64,000 bases of DNA, taken from the NCBI GenBank assembly GCA_964504165.1, contig CAZDDH010000012.1:3213-67212 (forward strand). The letters are read 5' to 3'. This document shows, piece after piece, positions 62,614 to 64,000 of the stretch. The position numbers were made by a program, and so were the translations under genes. Below the pieces are notes generated by a model. The model saw only the letters and a list, made by a program, of their open reading frames with translations. It was not told the DNA's origin and made no database searches. The DNA is from an uncultured Rickettsiales bacterium. GTDB lineage: Bacteria > Myxococcota_A > UBA796 > UBA9615 > CAYRNR01. The first letter of the stretch is position 1; every line of letters begins with the position of its first letter.

Positions 62614-63456
62614 TCACGCCTCGGCCTCCCCATAGCGGGCTGGCGATGCCACCAGCACCTCGCGGATGGCGGCGCTGTTCCCACCGCTCAGGTCATGCTG
62701 GTTGATGCCGGTCTGCACGGCCACCTCGGCCAGGTGGACGGTCCGGGCGACAGGGCCGAGCTGCTGGTCCCCACGGCACTGGATGCCGATGGATTCTTCG
62801 AGTTCGGGTGCCAGCAACCAGCCACGGGCCAGATCCTGCCCCAGTGCGGTCGCCCGGGGGTGGTCCAGCAGCGGTTCGACGCCGGTGGTCACGAGCCCCG
62901 AGTAGACCGCGGGGAGCTTGCACATCTGCACCATCGCGTGCAGCAGCAGGGCGCGCCCCACGTCGTGTAGCAGGCCCGCGGTGAACGCCTGGTCTTGTGG
63001 GATCCCTTTGCGCTTGGCCAGGCGACGTGACCTGCTGGCCACGGCCAGGCTGTGGGCCGCCAGCCGCTCGGCGCTCTCGCTGAGCAAGGCCGGTACCGGC
63101 GTTATGGCCGTGGCGGTGGCCTGTAGCACGGTCCGGCACCGGTCGGGCCCCAGCACCTCGATCGCCTCGTTGAGGCAGCTGACGGGACCGTTGCCCGTGT
63201 GCCGGCGAAGGGAGTTGGCAGCCGCCAACGTCTGCCCGGCGAGCATGGGATCGGAGCGGATCGCGCCCCGCACCAGGTGATCGCCGGTCATCATCTCGGC
63301 CGGTGACGTCATGGAGTTGGCCAGCGACGGGCACAGCGGCGGTAGGAAACCAAACGCTGCCTTGCGGGCGTACTGCTCGATGAGTGATTGGGTAAGGTCA
63401 GCCAGCGGTGGTGATCCGCTGGTCGTGTTGGGTTCGGGCGGCCGGTGTTCGGTCAT
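62614..63456 (-). CDS. HDOD-domain signalling protein
   Basis: DPMLAGQTLAAANSL...AIEVLGPDR...AHSLAVASRSRRLAKRKG...AGLLHDVGRALLLH. Start uncertain: the track ORF begins at 63612, and I prefer the ATG at 63456 because a sigma-28-like promoter lies inside the extension. Confidence 0.7.
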   Translation of the reverse strand: MTEHRPPEPNTTSGSPPLADLTQSLIEQYARKAAFGFLPPLCPSLANSMTSPAEMMTGDHLVRGAIRSDPMLAGQTLAAANSLRRHTGNGPVSCLNEAIEVLGPDRCRTVLQATATAITPVPALLSESAERLAAHSLAVASRSRRLAKRKGIPQDQAFTAGLLHDVGRALLLHAMVQMCKLPAVYSGLVTTGVEPLLDHPRATALGQDLARGWLLAPELEESIGIQCRGDQQLGPVARTVHLAEVAVQTGINQHDLSGGNSAAIREVLVASPARYGEAEA

Positions 63457-63543
63457 GGAATTCCCGGAGGTCCCCTTCATGGGATCTGGGCAAACCGCTC
63501 TTGCAGCCTGCGGTCCTCCGTCGCCTGACTTTGGACTGCGTGT

Positions 63544-63570
63544 GATATCGGTTACTACAGCCATTCCTTT
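63544..63570 (-). promoter_or_regulatory. Sigma-28-type promoter candidate for the HDOD gene
   Basis: Minus strand reads TAAAGGAA-N11-ACCGATAT, with spacing identical to the fliC promoter. Confidence 0.4.
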
Positions 63571-63612
63571 AGCCTTTTTCTTATTGCAGCTTCTTTTTTG
63601 CCGGGTCCCCAT

Positions 63613-63650
63613 GGTCTTCCGGGGGGTGGCCGTCCATCCCCCGGAAGACC
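63613..63650. promoter_or_regulatory. Perfect 13-bp-stem hairpin immediately 3' of flgE
   Basis: GGTCTTCCGGGGG-(12 nt loop)-CCCCCGGAAGACC. No U-tract follows it on the transcribed (minus) strand. Confidence 0.6.
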
Positions 63651-63656
63651 GAAGGG

Positions 63657-64000
63657 TTACACGATGTTGACCAACTCCTGGAGCAGGTCGTCCGAGGCGC
63701 CGATCACTCGCGACGAGGCCTGGTAGCCGCGCTGCGCCGTGATCATGCTGACGAACTCGCTCTCGATGTCCACGTTGGACGTTTCAAGGGAGTACTGGTA
63801 GACGGACCCGCGTCCGCCGGTACCCGTCCCACCGATCAGCGCCTGGCCGCTGGACTCGGTGGCCATGTACATGTTGTTGCCGGCCCGCTCCAGCCCGTCG
63901 GTGCTGGCGAACAGGGCCAGGGCGACCTGACCCATGGTCAGGGTCTCACCGTTGGAGTACACGCCCAGCAGGATGCCGTCGTCGTCGAGCTGCCAGTCCA
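63657..64000 (-). CDS. flgE: Flagellar hook protein FlgE, C-terminal part (the gene continues beyond the right edge)
   Basis: C-terminus LETSNVDIESEFVSMITAQRGYQASSRVIGASDDLLQELVNIV. The reading frame stays open to position 64000. Confidence 0.8.
   Translation of the reverse strand, partial: DWQLDDDGILLGVYSNGETLTMGQVALALFASTDGLERAGNNMYMATESSGQALIGGTGTGGRGSVYQYSLETSNVDIESEFVSMITAQRGYQASSRVIGASDDLLQELVNIV

Noticed and set aside
39811-64000. Flagellar cluster as a horizontally acquired island or mobile element
   Set aside because: I found no integrase, transposase, flanking tRNA or direct repeats, and codon bias looks the same as in the left half of the window.

Overview
Strongly GC-rich bacterial chromosomal segment (G/C dominates third codon positions; GC not computed). 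I saw no rRNA, tRNA, CRISPR array, transposase or integrase. Many long ORFs in the six-frame track are antisense shadow ORFs or 5' over-extensions typical of high-GC DNA, so several coordinates below are trimmed to internally supported start codons. Left half (1-34.6 kb): secreted and envelope proteins (two paralogous MopE-like/beta-helix lipoproteins, a PHP-type metallohydrolase, a VIT-vWA-AgmX/PglI protein, a transglutaminase-like pair), an ECF sigma/FecR anti-sigma pair, a PP2C phosphatase, an OmpR/HisKA two-component pair, a PfkB kinase, a leucine/isovalerate catabolic operon (ivd, split methylcrotonyl-CoA carboxylase, crotonase, BKACE) and a divergent KAS III. Right half (34.7-64 kb): one uninterrupted minus-strand flagellar regulon, in the order flgE(partial), HDOD, motAB-fliLMN-fliO/P-fliQR-flhBA-flhF-fliA-flgFGAHIJ, flgMN-flgKL, fliC, flaG-fliD-fliS. 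A consensus-core sigma-54 promoter lies in front of motA, and three sigma-28-type promoters with identical spacing lie in front of fliC, flgM and the HDOD gene. The regulon runs directly into a six-gene, translationally coupled module: PilZ, small OM beta-barrel, OmpA-like exported protein, OmpA-family OM protein, HD-GYP, pseudo-receiver. This module is my best candidate for an undescribed c-di-GMP-gated envelope accessory of the flagellar motor. Other oddities: an in-frame FliO-FliP, an FlhF with eroded GTPase motifs and no FlhG, a FlgJ rod-binding domain fused to an M23 peptidase, a split MCCase alpha subunit, and a BKACE enzyme where HMG-CoA lyase is expected.
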